Shown: positions 1 to 11,177, numbered from the stretch's first letter. The stretch: DNA of 64,000 bases from an uncultured Methylomirabilota bacterium (GCA_963705305.1 OY970067.1:4096001-4160000), one strand, 5' to 3'. The notes: generated from the sequence alone by a model not told the origin. Numbers and translations: made by a program.

Positions 1-26
1 AAACCGCGGTTCCGGAGACTCTCTCA

Positions 27-281
27 TTGGCGCCAGACGAGAGGAAGAGGCGGAGCAACGAGCGGAAGTTTGGCGCATTGTAAGAGCTCCCGGGCGGCGC
101 AAGACGGTATTGGTACGAAGTCGCAGGTCGTGGGGGATGGCGAGCCCGGTATGTGAAAGAGGTAGATTCGGACGAAACGGTGGTGCGGTTCTGGCAAGCG
201 ATCTATAATCAAAGCGGAATCCTGGTGGAGTGACACGACAAGTACCCCGTGGATCGAGGGCACGAGGGGGTAAGGGAGTAG
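27..281 (+). pseudogene. Degraded small gene (putative toxin-like partner of the downstream ORF)
   Basis: The frame reads LAPDERKRRSNERKFGAL*ELPGGARRYWYEVAGRGGWRARYVKEVDSDETVVRFWQAIYNQSGILVE*HDKYPVDRGH, with two in-frame stops (81, 231). It ends 4 nt before the next ATG. Confidence 0.55.
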
Positions 282-285
282 GGCA

Positions 286-552
286 ATGATCATCACACGA
301 GAGATGGTCGCAGAGCGACTTTCTGCCTACCTGCACGGCCGAGAGAAGCTGACGGAAATCGTCTCCTGGGCAGAGGAGGCCATGCGGGAGGAGGAGTTTG
401 CGGAGCCGGATTTCACGGTCATCCGGGATGTGGTTGCTCGGCTCGGCCTGGCGGATGTAGCGGCCTTCGGCCTGACCTGGGAGGATGCCGTGGAAATGCT
501 GTCGCGGCTCGGCTACCGGGCGACCGTGGAAGTGCAAGCGCTCGGAAGGTAA
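286..552 (+). CDS. Small acidic hypothetical protein (antitoxin/immunity-like)
   Basis: 88-aa acidic ORF with an RBS-like GGGAG upstream, directly after the degraded gene. Confidence 0.7.
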   Translation: MIITREMVAERLSAYLHGREKLTEIVSWAEEAMREEEFAEPDFTVIRDVVARLGLADVAAFGLTWEDAVEMLSRLGYRATVEVQALGR

Positions 553-600
553 GCGATCGGATCCTCTCGCCGGTCTGCCCCCCCGTCATCATCCGCTCTC

Positions 601-901
601 CTTTGCGTCCATGGCGGCTTTGCGTGAGAAGAACTCCGAGTCTCACGCCAAGATCGCCAAGACAGACCTTCTTCAAATTTCGAACTTCGAGCTTCGAATT
701 TATCCAGCACCCCCTCACCCCAGCGCCTCTTCGCCCCCTTGACCCGAGGAGCGCGTTGGTGCTATAAACGTTCAATTCTTTGTAATCTACACGGCTCGTT
801 TGCGCCAGGCTGGAGGCTGACCCCTGGAAAGTGAAAACGGTGATCTTGGCGAGGGATCAGGTTCGAAATTTCCCTCACGCAAAGCCGCCAAGGCCGCAAA
901 G
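601..901. repeat. Patchwork of REP-like short repeats
   Basis: CTTTGCGTCCATGGCGGCTTTGCGTGAG (601) has a near reverse complement CTCACGCAAAGCCGCCAAGGCCGCAAAG (874). A TTCGAA-type heptamer run lies at ~675-701. Confidence 0.55.
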
Positions 902-1169
902 TAGAGCGGGGTAGGGGGAGACGCGGCGACACGGGGAAACGGAGGTGGAGGAGGGACGGCCGCCGTACGGGATGCCTCAGCGGGTCGGGCTGGGACGGTG
1001 AAAGCAAATTATCAAAGCCTGACCCCTGGCGATGTGGAGTAAGGAGAATAAAGAAGCAACGTCCCCTAAGTGGGGCGGGGGAGCGGCGGATGGCAGTGGG
1101 GCAACGGATAAGAGGAGATACGGAAACTGAGCATTGATTGCGCCTTCAGCGTGAGGCTCAGAGGTTTTT

Positions 1170-2339
<1,170 letters not shown>

Positions 2340-2366
2340 AATGGCTCTTGACATTCAAGACAGTCG

Positions 2367-2408
2367 CTGACTCCTGGCCTCTGGCTGCTGACCCCTGACC
2401 TCTGTCTT
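2367..2408 (+). repeat. 7-bp tandem array, right part
   Basis: ctgactc ctggcct ctggctg ctgaccc ctgacct ctgtctt. Confidence 0.85.
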
Positions 2409-2571
2409 TCCCGGAGGAGAGAACGGTGGAGGAGCCGGAAGAACGTCGGCGTCACCACTCCGAACGTCACTCCGCATTCGAGCCGATGCCGGGACATTCG
2501 TAGCCGATCCGACCGCCGATTCTCATCTGAGGATCGGCGTTTGTCTTCTCACTGACAGGAGTCGCCTCTCC

Positions 2572-2658
2572 GTGGCGCGAGCAGGCCCCCAAGACTCCGA
2601 GTGGCGCACTCGCAAGCGCCTGATCGACCCCAGACTGCGTGCTGCCGGCTGGCGTTCT
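2572..2658 (+). pseudogene. N-terminal stub of a type I restriction subunit (HsdR-like)
   Basis: DSEWRTRKRLIDPRLRAAGW after AGGAG...GTG; the resemblance stops at the repeat at 2660. Confidence 0.5.
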
Positions 2659-2659
2659 G

Positions 2660-2682
2660 GGGGACGTTGTTGACTCAGTGGA
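2660..2682 (+). repeat. 23-bp direct repeat, copy 1 (GGGGACGTTGTTGACTCAGTGGA)
   Basis: Exact copy at 5495-5517; partial inverted copy at 1055-1066. Confidence 0.85.
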
Positions 2683-2835
2683 CTTACCCATTCGAAGCCG
2701 CCCCAAGAGGCAGTCTGGCTCTGGTGAGAAGGGGACCCGGCCGTTTCTGCGGTGTCAAGGTAAATCCCTCCCTTCGATGCCGCGCCCCGCTGGCACCGCT
2801 GGTGTGCGGTCCGAACCGAAAAAAGGTACCGGACG

Positions 2836-4834
2836 GTATGCCGTGGATACTCTGGAACTCGCCGGTGGAAGTCCGGCCCCGGGAGCGGGCAGCGCGCCCG
2901 GGTAGCTCGAGGGAGGTGCGAGGGGTAACCCAAGGCATCGAGTTCCCTGACGAGCGCGTCCGACGGACGTGCGCAACCTCGCAGGCCGTAGCGTGCAGCG
3001 AACCCAGGGGTAGCCTCGTTAACTTCAGTGAGGGCGTCGACTCCGTTGTCCGGGGAGGAAGACCGGTGCTTGGGTGACCACCGCGGCTGTCGGGTCATCT
3101 GAGGCCCTCCGGGGTAGCAGGGATGGCATGCGGGGACAGCTTCAGAGGGCACCACGGGAGAGCCTGGCCAGTGGCCCACAGGAGGCCAACCGGGGCGTAT
3201 AAGGCACCGCCGAAGTCGCCGCCGGGCTGCCCAGGCAGTCGGAGCGGCCCACAGTACCGCCAGCACCCGACGGACAACACAACCGTTGGGGAGGGAAGGG
3301 GCCGTGCTCTCACCACGCTTCCCACGGCGGGACGCGAGGAGGATTGCTGTGAGGCTTGAACCTCCAGAAGCAGTGCGCACCCTCCAGCGGAAGCTTTACT
3401 GCAAGGCCAAGTCGGAGCCCACCTTCCGGTTCTACCTCCTCTACGACAAGGTCTATCGGGCGGACCTCCTGGGTCACGCCTGGGCCTTGGTGCGCGCGAA
3501 CGGGGGCGCCGCCGGTGTGGATGGCGTCACCATCGCCGCCGTCGAGGCGGACGGGGTCGGTCCGTTCCTCGCGCGTCTGGCCGAGGAACTCCGGACGCAC
3601 ACCTACCGAACCGATCCCATCCGGCGTGTAATGATCCCCAAGCGGAAGGGCGGGGAGCGGCCCCTCGGCATCCCCACCGTGCGGGACCGAGTAGTCCAAG
3701 CGGCCACCGTCTTGGTCCTGGAGCCGATCTTCGAGGCGGACTTCCAGCCGTGCTCCTACGGCTTCCGGCCGAAGAAGGACGCGCACCAGGCCCTGGCGGA
3801 GATCTCCCGCACGCTCGCGCAGGGCTACACGCAGGTGCTCGACGCCGACCTCACGGCCTACTTCGACTCGATTCCGCACGGCCAACTCCTGGCGGCGGTG
3901 GCGCGCCGCGTGACGGACCGGGCCATCCTCCGGCTCTGCACGCAGTGGCTTCGCGCCCCGGTGGTGGTCGAGCGGGACGACGGGAAGCGGGAGACGCGAG
4001 GCGGCAAGCGGACTCGCCGCGGGACGCCACAGGGTGGGGTGATCTCCCCGCTGCTCGCGAACGTGTACCTCCACGCCTTCGATAGGGCGTGGCGAGCGGG
4101 CGGGCTGGAGCGTCGCTGGCAGGCCCGGCTCATCCGGTACGCCGATGACTTCGTGGTGTGCTGTCGGGCGAAGGCGGCCCAGGTGCAGGCGGTCGTGGCG
4201 GAGCAGCTCCAGGCGCTCGGGCTGACGCTGAATCCGGCGAAGACCCGATGCCTGGATGCGCACCAGCAGGCCTTCACCTTCCTCGGGTTCACGGTGCGGC
4301 TCGTGCGGAGCCCACGGACAGGGCGCCTGTTTCCTCTGATCCGTCCCTCCGCCGCTGCCCGCCAGCAGCTCCGGGACCGGGTAAAGGCCCTCACCGGCCG
4401 CGACCACCTGGCGCTGCCGACCCCGACGCTCATCACGGCGGTCAATCAGGTCGTCCGCGGATGGGCGGGGTACTTCCATTTCCAACACTGCACGCGCGAC
4501 TTCAGCGCTCTACGGTGGTTCATCGAGGAACGGGTCCGGACGTACCTGCGGCGCAAGCACCGCCATCGGACGCGAGCGTACCAGGCGCTCCCGTGCACTG
4601 TGCTCTACGGGCGTCTGGGGCTCTACCGGTTGCCCGTGCGGGCGCCCTGGACCCCTCCGACGCATGCCGGGCGGTGAAGGTGACCGGAGAGCCGGATGCG
4701 GGCAAACCGCACGTCCGGTTCGATGAGGGGGCGCTGGGGCTCGAGCAGGGTCGGGCTCGTGAGGCACCGCCAGACGAAAGGGGCGGGAACAGCTAGGCGC
4801 GACCTACCCTCGAATAGCCAGTGCTCTACTCTAC
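2836..4834 (+). mobile_element. Group II intron, apparently full length
   Basis: 5' end GTATGCCGTGG. Domain V GAGCCGGATGCGGGCAAACCGCACGTCCGGTTC (~4688). Long domain VI ending CTACTCTAC. Putative EBS1 TGTCCGG (3047) pairs with 5' exon CCGGACG. Confidence 0.85.
3349..4677 (+). CDS. ltrA: Group II intron reverse transcriptase/maturase, no endonuclease domain
   Basis: GVDG, RPLGIPTVRDR, SYGFRP, GTPQGGVISPLL, YADD, FLGF and GWAGYF motifs. Start inferred from RBS GAGGAGG. Confidence 0.95.
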   Translation: MRLEPPEAVRTLQRKLYCKAKSEPTFRFYLLYDKVYRADLLGHAWALVRANGGAAGVDGVTIAAVEADGVGPFLARLAEELRTHTYRTDPIRRVMIPKRKGGERPLGIPTVRDRVVQAATVLVLEPIFEADFQPCSYGFRPKKDAHQALAEISRTLAQGYTQVLDADLTAYFDSIPHGQLLAAVARRVTDRAILRLCTQWLRAPVVVERDDGKRETRGGKRTRRGTPQGGVISPLLANVYLHAFDRAWRAGGLERRWQARLIRYADDFVVCCRAKAAQVQAVVAEQLQALGLTLNPAKTRCLDAHQQAFTFLGFTVRLVRSPRTGRLFPLIRPSAAARQQLRDRVKALTGRDHLALPTPTLITAVNQVVRGWAGYFHFQHCTRDFSALRWFIEERVRTYLRRKHRHRTRAYQALPCTVLYGRLGLYRLPVRAPWTPPTHAGR

Positions 4835-4940
4835 CCTATTGCCGCGTGACCAATTGATTTCCCTGGGAGCGACCACCACATTCTTTTCACGCGAAGCCAG
4901 GAGAACGGCCCGGCCGATCATGGGCGAGGGAGGTTGATCA

Positions 4941-5477
4941 GTGTCTCGTCCGCAGGGGTTCCGCGTGTGCTGTCCGAAGAGGCCTGAGTGGGGGCTGGGG
5001 CATGTCCTGTCTGACGATGGCGGGGCGAAGGTCACCGTCTTCTTCCTGGGCGGCGGGAAGAAAACGCTCGATACGACCATCGCCGAGCTGGACCTGGTGA
5101 CCGGCGAGGCGGCCAACAACCCCATCCTGGATGTGGCCGGGCAAGTCACCTGGCGGCACGCCCACCACAATCTCTACGTGATCGAGCTGCGGCCGGAGAT
5201 CTTCGAGCGGGAGCGTAGGTTCTCCGAGGCGAATCCCCGCTGGGTGCCGGGGAAAGTGTGCGTGTACGTGGGAATGACCGGCCTACCCCCGGCGGAGCGG
5301 TTCCAGAAGCACCTGCAGGGGGAGAGGGACGCCCGGTTCGTCCACAAGTACGGCCGGCGCCTCCTGCCGGAGTTGTACCGACACTTCAATCCCATACCGC
5401 ACGACCTCGCCCGGGTCATGGAGCCCGAATTGGCCCGGCAGCTCCGAGAGCAAGGCCACGGCGTCTGGCAGAACTAG
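4941..5477 (+). CDS. DUF3553/SH3-like domain fused to a GIY-YIG-like nuclease domain
   Basis: N-terminal PEWGLGHVL...VTVFF; C-terminal LYVIEL...VYVGMTG...ERFQKH. Confidence 0.65.
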   Translation: MSRPQGFRVCCPKRPEWGLGHVLSDDGGAKVTVFFLGGGKKTLDTTIAELDLVTGEAANNPILDVAGQVTWRHAHHNLYVIELRPEIFERERRFSEANPRWVPGKVCVYVGMTGLPPAERFQKHLQGERDARFVHKYGRRLLPELYRHFNPIPHDLARVMEPELARQLREQGHGVWQN

Positions 5478-5494
5478 GCCCCCCTTGTACGCGT

Positions 5495-5517
5495 GGGGAC
5501 GTTGTTGACTCAGTGGA
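5495..5517 (+). repeat. 23-bp direct repeat, copy 2
   Basis: Identical to 2660-2682. Confidence 0.85.
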
Positions 5518-5701
5518 ATTGTCATCTTGGGGCGAGGCGTCGCTCGAGAACTTGGATTGTGCCTCGCGGGCATTGAATGCCTGTGGTACAAAGGGGAGTC
5601 AGGCCTTGAACTCCCGCCCGCCGTCTGGTAGAAGCAGAGACGGGTGGGGACAGGGGGGGCGCCGCGGCCACTGGTGCCGCGGACATGGAGGGCACGGTCC
5701 G

Positions 5702-6760
5702 GTGCGCGATCCCGCCGTTCCACTCGAATGCCCCACCCACCTTGGACGAACCGTTCCTGAATTCATCTCCCCTCTTTTCCTGGCGCTCCTCTTGCTTCTC
5801 CTCGGGGTCTCGCAGGCCGAGGCGGCCTACCGGCTGACCTTCCAGAACGGGACCAGCATCGTGGTTCCGGGATACGACGATCTCGGCGACGCCATCCGCT
5901 ACCCGCGGTTCGGCGGAATGGTCACCGTCCCGAAGGCGTCGGTCGCGACCATCGTCGAGCTGCCTCCTGCGCCGACCCCTCCCGCCCCCCAAACGTCCTC
6001 TCCCCCGGCATCCCCTCCTGTTCCGACGGCCCCTCCGCGAGTTGAGCGGCCCGCGGGGATGCCGTGGACCGCACCGCAATTCGCGCTGCCCCAGCCCCCA
6101 GTGCTCACGCTCCCGTGGCGTCGGGTGGGAGATAGCCCCGCGGTCGTCGAAACGAGCCGTCTCCTCAGTGGGGTTGCCCTGCTGGTCGCCCTCATCGCCG
6201 TCGTGGTGTTCGCCCTCTGCACGACGAAGTGGTCGAGGGAGAATCGGACAGGCGACGCCGGAACCACCCGTATGGGGCCGGGGCGGGGGAAGAAGCCTCT
6301 CGGGGTCGTCCTGGTCGGGATTTACGACGCCGTGTTTGGGCTGATGATGATAGGGACCGGCCTGACGGGGGCGATGGTCGGCCAGATGCTTGCCGAAATT
6401 CCGGTCTTCCTGCTGTCCACGTCCGACCCGATTGCCGTCATGGCGCTCTCGCTCGCCCTGGCAACGTTCGGCGCGGTAGCGCTGGCGGCAGCCTACGGCA
6501 TGTGGAGCCTCCAGACATGGGGCTGGCGCCTGCAGGCAATCGTGTGTCTTCTGGACCTCGCAGTGAGCTGGTTCAGCCTCTGGGTCAGCCCGCCGTCCGC
6601 GGGGAGCTTGCTCGCCATCGCCGGACTCTTCCTGGACAGCGCGGTGCTCATCTACATCAGCTTCCCGAGCGTTCAGAGACTCTACCCGGCTGACGGGTAT
6701 CCGGGGGATGACGGTCTCGCGCCAACAAGCGAGGAGGAGCCGCGCACGCCCTCATTGTGA
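5702..6760 (+). CDS. Membrane protein: signal peptide, small beta domain, Pro-rich linker, ~5 TM helices
   Basis: LFLALLLLLLGVSQAEA signal, PPAPTPP linker, hydrophobic C-terminus; start codon uncertain. Confidence 0.65.
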   Translation: MRDPAVPLECPTHLGRTVPEFISPLFLALLLLLLGVSQAEAAYRLTFQNGTSIVVPGYDDLGDAIRYPRFGGMVTVPKASVATIVELPPAPTPPAPQTSSPPASPPVPTAPPRVERPAGMPWTAPQFALPQPPVLTLPWRRVGDSPAVVETSRLLSGVALLVALIAVVVFALCTTKWSRENRTGDAGTTRMGPGRGKKPLGVVLVGIYDAVFGLMMIGTGLTGAMVGQMLAEIPVFLLSTSDPIAVMALSLALATFGAVALAAAYGMWSLQTWGWRLQAIVCLLDLAVSWFSLWVSPPSAGSLLAIAGLFLDSAVLIYISFPSVQRLYPADGYPGDDGLAPTSEEEPRTPSL

Positions 6761-6879
6761 GACCTTGTCTTTCCAAGATGTCTGATGAATAAGGCGGAAG
6801 GGATACATGTGCCAAGCTCGAAATTATTACAGTTAGCCTTGAACCGAAAAACTTTAACCGCCATGACGCCAAGGTCTCA
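6758..6879. repeat. MITE-like AT-rich segment with 10-bp terminal inverted repeats
   Basis: TGAGACCTTG ... CAAGGTCTCA around a low-GC 122-bp segment. Confidence 0.5.
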
Positions 6880-7045
6880 TACTCCACGGAGCTCGGCTGG
6901 CGTAACTCCATGCTCCGGAACGATCCCTCGGGGGGGCTTGACGCGGCTCCAGTCGCCGGGTGTTCCGCCCGTTCCAGCTATGCCATTCCGGGTACCCAAC
7001 GCGAGCGTTGGGTGTCCTTGGTGGTGAGATATTTTCGGCACGGGG

Positions 7046-10000
7046 TTATGTTTGGCGGGGCAGGCGCGCCATCGCCCCCGCCAGCGGGAAGTGAATCCAG
7101 CTCTCGCGGACCGTGGCCTCCTGTGAGGCCAGGGCCGCTCGGTACGCCCCCAGTTGGCCCGCATAGGTCGCAGCCTTCTGCGCGCACTGGGTCCTGGCCA
7201 CCGGCCCGCATTTGTGGTCAACGACGACCAGCGTAGCGTCAGGCAGGTGAAGGACCAGGTCGGCACTGCCCACCCACTGTCCGCCTGCCCCCCGCGGTGC
7301 CGTGAGCGGCACCTCCGTGTGCCATGCCGCGCCCGGATAGCGCCCCGCCACCCAGTCCCGCAACCGGTCGCCCATCTCGACGAGGATCGTCGGCGTCAGA
7401 AGCTCTTCTACCCCGAATCCCCGCAGGCAGCGGGCCGCGATGGCGAGCCGGCGAGCGGGGGGCAGATCGACCATGGAGGGGAGCGCCGTGAGGTAGGCGT
7501 GAACGGCCTGCCCCAGGGCCGCCTCCTGGGCCTCGGGGACCTTCGGGAACACCGGCTGGCCGGGGAGGAGCTCGACGGCGACCGCCGCCTCGGGGACGGG
7601 GGCCTCGACAGCGCTCGGGCTGTGGCCCTCGACCGAGCTCGGGCTGTAGTAGCGCGGGATGTGCTCGACGGATCCGGCGGAGTCGCCGAGTGCCGCCAGC
7701 CACCGCTGCCGGAGATCGGCCGGCGAGCCTGATCCATCCTCCGGCGGGGGCTCGAGTCGGCGGAGGACATACGTGGTTTCCAGGCCCTCCAGGGGATGCT
7801 CGCCGTCCGGCCCGATCGGCGGCAAGAGCGCATCGACATCCGGGAGGGAGGCCAGCCAGGCGTACCGGCCCTCCCGGTGGGCGAGGACCAGGGTCTCCTT
7901 CGCCCGGGTGAACCCGACGTAGAGGAGGCGATTCGATTCGGCCTCGGCGCGGGCGGCGGCTTCCTGCCCCTCAGGGGCGTTGAGGACGCGGTCGTCCAGA
8001 TCCGTCCCGGCGGAGCGGCTGCCGAAGGGCCAGGGCCAGTACCGGATGATCCGGCCTGCCAGCGGATCGTCCGCCGCCGGATCGCCCCCACCCACCCGCA
8101 CCTTCCACATGTCCGGGTCGCGCTCCGCCTCCAGCCCCGACAGGACCACCACCGGCCACTCGAGTCCCTTGGCGCTGTGGTAGGTGAGGATGGTCACCGC
8201 GTCGATCCCATAGGGTGCCCGTGTGAGATCGGCCTCATCGTCGGACAGCCTGATGAAGTGGGCCACCAGGCCGGGGAGGGTGGCCGCCGAGCCGAGTACC
8301 TGCATCTCCTGCTCGTAGGCCTGGGCCAAGCGCACCAGGGCGTCCAGGTTGGCCAACCGCTGCGCGGGATTCCCCCAGGACCGGAGGCGATCGCCGACCC
8401 GGAGGGCGTCCAGCACGCGCTGGAGGGCGACCGTGGGGGGGAGCGTCCGGTGGTCGATGGCCTCCAGGGGCGCCAGGGCCGGATGGTCCGCCCAGGGGCG
8501 GGCGGAGGCAGCCTGACTCTCTTCGGCGGCGCGGAGGGCTCGGAGCCGCTCGGCGAGCCAGGCGGGCGTCTCCGCGGCGGGATCCTCCAGCAGATGGAGG
8601 ATGGTCGCGGCGGCGAGGCTATCGCCGCGGTCCACCGTCAGCTGAAGCCCGGCCAGGGTGAGCGCCCCCTCGCGGGTGGCGAGCAGACCGGGGAGCTCGA
8701 GGAGGGCGGGGAGACCCAACGCCCGGCAGGCTTCGCCGATCCGCTGCGCCTGGGAATTCGTCCGGGTGAGGATGGCAACGTCCCGGAGCAACCGCCCCTC
8801 ATCCCGGAGGGTCCGGACGCCTGCGGCGAGCGCGCGTGCCTCCTCCTTGACATTCGTTCCCCCCAGGATCCAGCGCTCCACCCCCCGCGGCTTGCCGGGC
8901 TTGTCGGGGACGAGCATGGCCTCCTCGCCGAAGAGGGGGCGGAACAGGCGCCCGACGAGCCGGACCAGCCCGGCCTGGCTCCGGTAGTTGTTCGGGAGGC
9001 GATCACGCGCCGTCTCGGGGACCGCACCCCAGACGGCCCGGATGAGCTCGGGGTCCGTCCCCCGGAACCCGAAGATCGACTGCTTGGCGTCTCCCACCCA
9101 GTAGCTCTGGTCGGCGAGCGCGCGAAGCCGCTGGAAGATGGCGAGCTGGAGCGGATTGGTGTCGTGGAACTCGTCCACGACCACCAGCGCAAAGTCCATC
9201 GCCACGCTGGCGGCGAGGGCGGGTGTCTCGAGGAGGCGGAGGAGCCACACCTCGAGGTCGGTGAAGTCGAGGAGGCCGCGCTCCCGCTTGTAGGCGGCGT
9301 ACTCGTGCTCCAGGGCGAGGGTCCGCTCGGCCAGGCGATCGAGGAGCTCGCCGATGTCCTGGTGGAGCGAGCGCCAGGTGAGGACGCCTGCGGCCTCGGC
9401 GCGGAGCGGCGCCAGGGCGGCGTCGGCCCCGGAGGTCTTCCCGGCCTTGATGCCCGCCGCCCAGCAGACATCCGCCCAGGCCCCCGACCGCGCAGCCAGG
9501 ATCCGGGCGAGCTGCCTCCGGGCGTCGCGGGTTGTCTTGGTGTCGTCCTTCAGACCGTCGATCCGGTCGAGGACCGCGGCGATCCGGGAATAGAAAGCGT
9601 CGAAGGCGAGGCCGGGCTCCGCCCGCCCGCCGGGTGCCATGAGGGTGCAGAGCCGCGTGCCGCCGGCCCGGAGCTGGGCCCGGAAGGCCCCATCTCCGAT
9701 CCGGTTCCCCCGCTTGGCATCGAGGAGGCCGAGGACGAGCGCCTGGGGAGAGCCGAGAGAGAGGCGTCCGGTGAGGGCGGCCAGCGCCACCCAGGGGTCG
9801 GCCTGCATCCGGCCGAGAAGATCGTGCAGGGCCCGGGTGCTCCCCGTCTCCTCCAGGACGGCGAGGCGCGGCGAGAAGCCCAGCGGCAGGGCATAACGGG
9901 CAAGGAGCTGGTGACCCACGCTGTGGACGGTCCCGATGGAGGCCAGCTCCAGGCGTTCGGCCGCCGCGGTGCGCTCGCGGCTGCCAAGGCCTGGATGGGT

Positions 10001-10174
10001 AAGGAGCTTCGCCTGGATGCGCCCTTTGAGCTCGGCCGCCGCCTTGCGGGTGAAGGTGGTCGCGAGGATCCGGGCGGGATCGAGACCCGAGGCGACGGCC
10101 TCGGCGATCACTTCGCACAGCCGGGTGGTCTTCCCCGAGCCGGCCCCGGCGCGGATGACCCGCAGCGTTCCCAT
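7046..10174 (-). CDS. AddA-like UvrD helicase with C-terminal PD-(D/E)XK nuclease
   Basis: AGAGSGKT, TFTRKAA, DEFHD, VGDAKQSIFGFRG, TYHSAKGLEW, LLYVGFTRA and ADLV...VDHK. The ATG overlaps the stop of the addB tail. Confidence 0.9.
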   Translation of the reverse strand: MGTLRVIRAGAGSGKTTRLCEVIAEAVASGLDPARILATTFTRKAAAELKGRIQAKLLTHPGLGSRERTAAAERLELASIGTVHSVGHQLLARYALPLGFSPRLAVLEETGSTRALHDLLGRMQADPWVALAALTGRLSLGSPQALVLGLLDAKRGNRIGDGAFRAQLRAGGTRLCTLMAPGGRAEPGLAFDAFYSRIAAVLDRIDGLKDDTKTTRDARRQLARILAARSGAWADVCWAAGIKAGKTSGADAALAPLRAEAAGVLTWRSLHQDIGELLDRLAERTLALEHEYAAYKRERGLLDFTDLEVWLLRLLETPALAASVAMDFALVVVDEFHDTNPLQLAIFQRLRALADQSYWVGDAKQSIFGFRGTDPELIRAVWGAVPETARDRLPNNYRSQAGLVRLVGRLFRPLFGEEAMLVPDKPGKPRGVERWILGGTNVKEEARALAAGVRTLRDEGRLLRDVAILTRTNSQAQRIGEACRALGLPALLELPGLLATREGALTLAGLQLTVDRGDSLAAATILHLLEDPAAETPAWLAERLRALRAAEESQAASARPWADHPALAPLEAIDHRTLPPTVALQRVLDALRVGDRLRSWGNPAQRLANLDALVRLAQAYEQEMQVLGSAATLPGLVAHFIRLSDDEADLTRAPYGIDAVTILTYHSAKGLEWPVVVLSGLEAERDPDMWKVRVGGGDPAADDPLAGRIIRYWPWPFGSRSAGTDLDDRVLNAPEGQEAAARAEAESNRLLYVGFTRAKETLVLAHREGRYAWLASLPDVDALLPPIGPDGEHPLEGLETTYVLRRLEPPPEDGSGSPADLRQRWLAALGDSAGSVEHIPRYYSPSSVEGHSPSAVEAPVPEAAVAVELLPGQPVFPKVPEAQEAALGQAVHAYLTALPSMVDLPPARRLAIAARCLRGFGVEELLTPTILVEMGDRLRDWVAGRYPGAAWHTEVPLTAPRGAGGQWVGSADLVLHLPDATLVVVDHKCGPVARTQCAQKAATYAGQLGAYRAALASQEATVRESWIHFPLAGAMARLPRQT

Positions 10175-10243
10175 CAGGAGAGCCTCGCCAGGCCGCAGAG
10201 GACCTGGTAGTCGCAGTACGTGCAGGGCTCCCGCTCGCTGCGG
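10174..10243 (-). pseudogene. Detached 3' end of the AddB-like gene (Fe-S Cys motif)
   Basis: SEREPCTYCDYQVLCGLARLS*; joins the 13397-16026 part in frame once the IS and one direct repeat are removed. Confidence 0.85.
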
Positions 10244-10406
10244 TGGAGGCGCCACCATCGAGATCGTCGCTTTTCGGCGGGAAGGGCACCGGCAGCGCCA
10301 CGATGGATCCCGGCACTGTGAGGCGCGAGGCAGACGGGTGCGCAGGCGCGGGAGATTTGAGGCGCCAACACGCCCGTCGCAGGGAGACGCGGGCAGCGGA
10401 CCCCGA

Positions 10407-11177
10407 CTACGAAGGTGTCGCGACCTTCGGCGCGGGGCGGCGGTGGGTCTCGCGATAGCTCGTCCCTTCCAGGTGGAAGACCTCGGCCCGCTCCGCGAGC
10501 CGGTCCAGGATGGCGTGCGCCACGGCGTCGTCGGCGAAGATCTGATTCCACTCGCCAAACGTGCGATTCGTGGTGACCACCGTTGGCTTCCGCCGGTCAT
10601 GCCGGACGGAGATCACCTGGAACACGAGGTGGCTCTCCGGCTGGCGCAGGCTGACGTACCCGACCTCGTCGATCTCCAGCAACCCGGGGCTCTGGTACGT
10701 CTTGAGCGCCCGGTGCAAGGTCTTCGTCGCCTCCGCCGCGCTCAGGTGGTTCACCATGGCGGCGAGCGACGTGAACAGGACGCTCTGCCCGCGTTGGCAC
10801 TGGGCATAGCCCAAGGCCCGGGCGAGATGCGTCTTCCCCAAGCCACTCCCCCCGACGAACAGCGCCCCGATCCCCTCGACCACGAGGTCGGTGGCCAAGA
10901 GGTTCAGGTAGCGACTCCGGAGCTTCCGGGTGGCGACGCTGTACTCGAAGTTGAACGTGTCTGCCGTCTGCAGCTGGACGAAGCGCGCGGCCCTGATCCG
11001 CGCCGCCACCTTCTGCTCGCTCCGCCGCGTGAGCTCCCGATCGACGAGCCCCTCGAGCACCGCGCGGACTGCCGCGCGTTCGGCGGGATGCCGCTCGCCC
11101 CACGCGGCGAGGAACGCGGGGGCACTCATGAGCTGGAGCTGGGTCAGCTTCTCCTCAAGCGTCGGGGTTGCCATCAT
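10407..11177 (-). CDS. istB: IS21 helper AAA+ ATPase
   Basis: GGSGLGKT, LLEIDEVGY, TTNR and AILDRL motifs. Confidence 0.92.
   Translation of the reverse strand: MMATPTLEEKLTQLQLMSAPAFLAAWGERHPAERAAVRAVLEGLVDRELTRRSEQKVAARIRAARFVQLQTADTFNFEYSVATRKLRSRYLNLLATDLVVEGIGALFVGGSGLGKTHLARALGYAQCQRGQSVLFTSLAAMVNHLSAAEATKTLHRALKTYQSPGLLEIDEVGYVSLRQPESHLVFQVISVRHDRRKPTVVTTNRTFGEWNQIFADDAVAHAILDRLAERAEVFHLEGTSYRETHRRPAPKVATPS

Noticed and set aside
739..873. Promoter-like TTGACC...TATAAA followed by a possible small RNA
   Set aside because: No recognisable RNA family or convincing structure.
3349..4677. The RT as a retron, DGR or defence RT
   Set aside because: Maturase domain, domain V/VI and EBS-IBS pairing identify a group II intron; no template/variable repeat pair was seen.
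10175..10600. N-terminal extension of the 1184-aa helicase ORF
   Set aside because: It runs through the IS21 end and istB; the real start is 10174.
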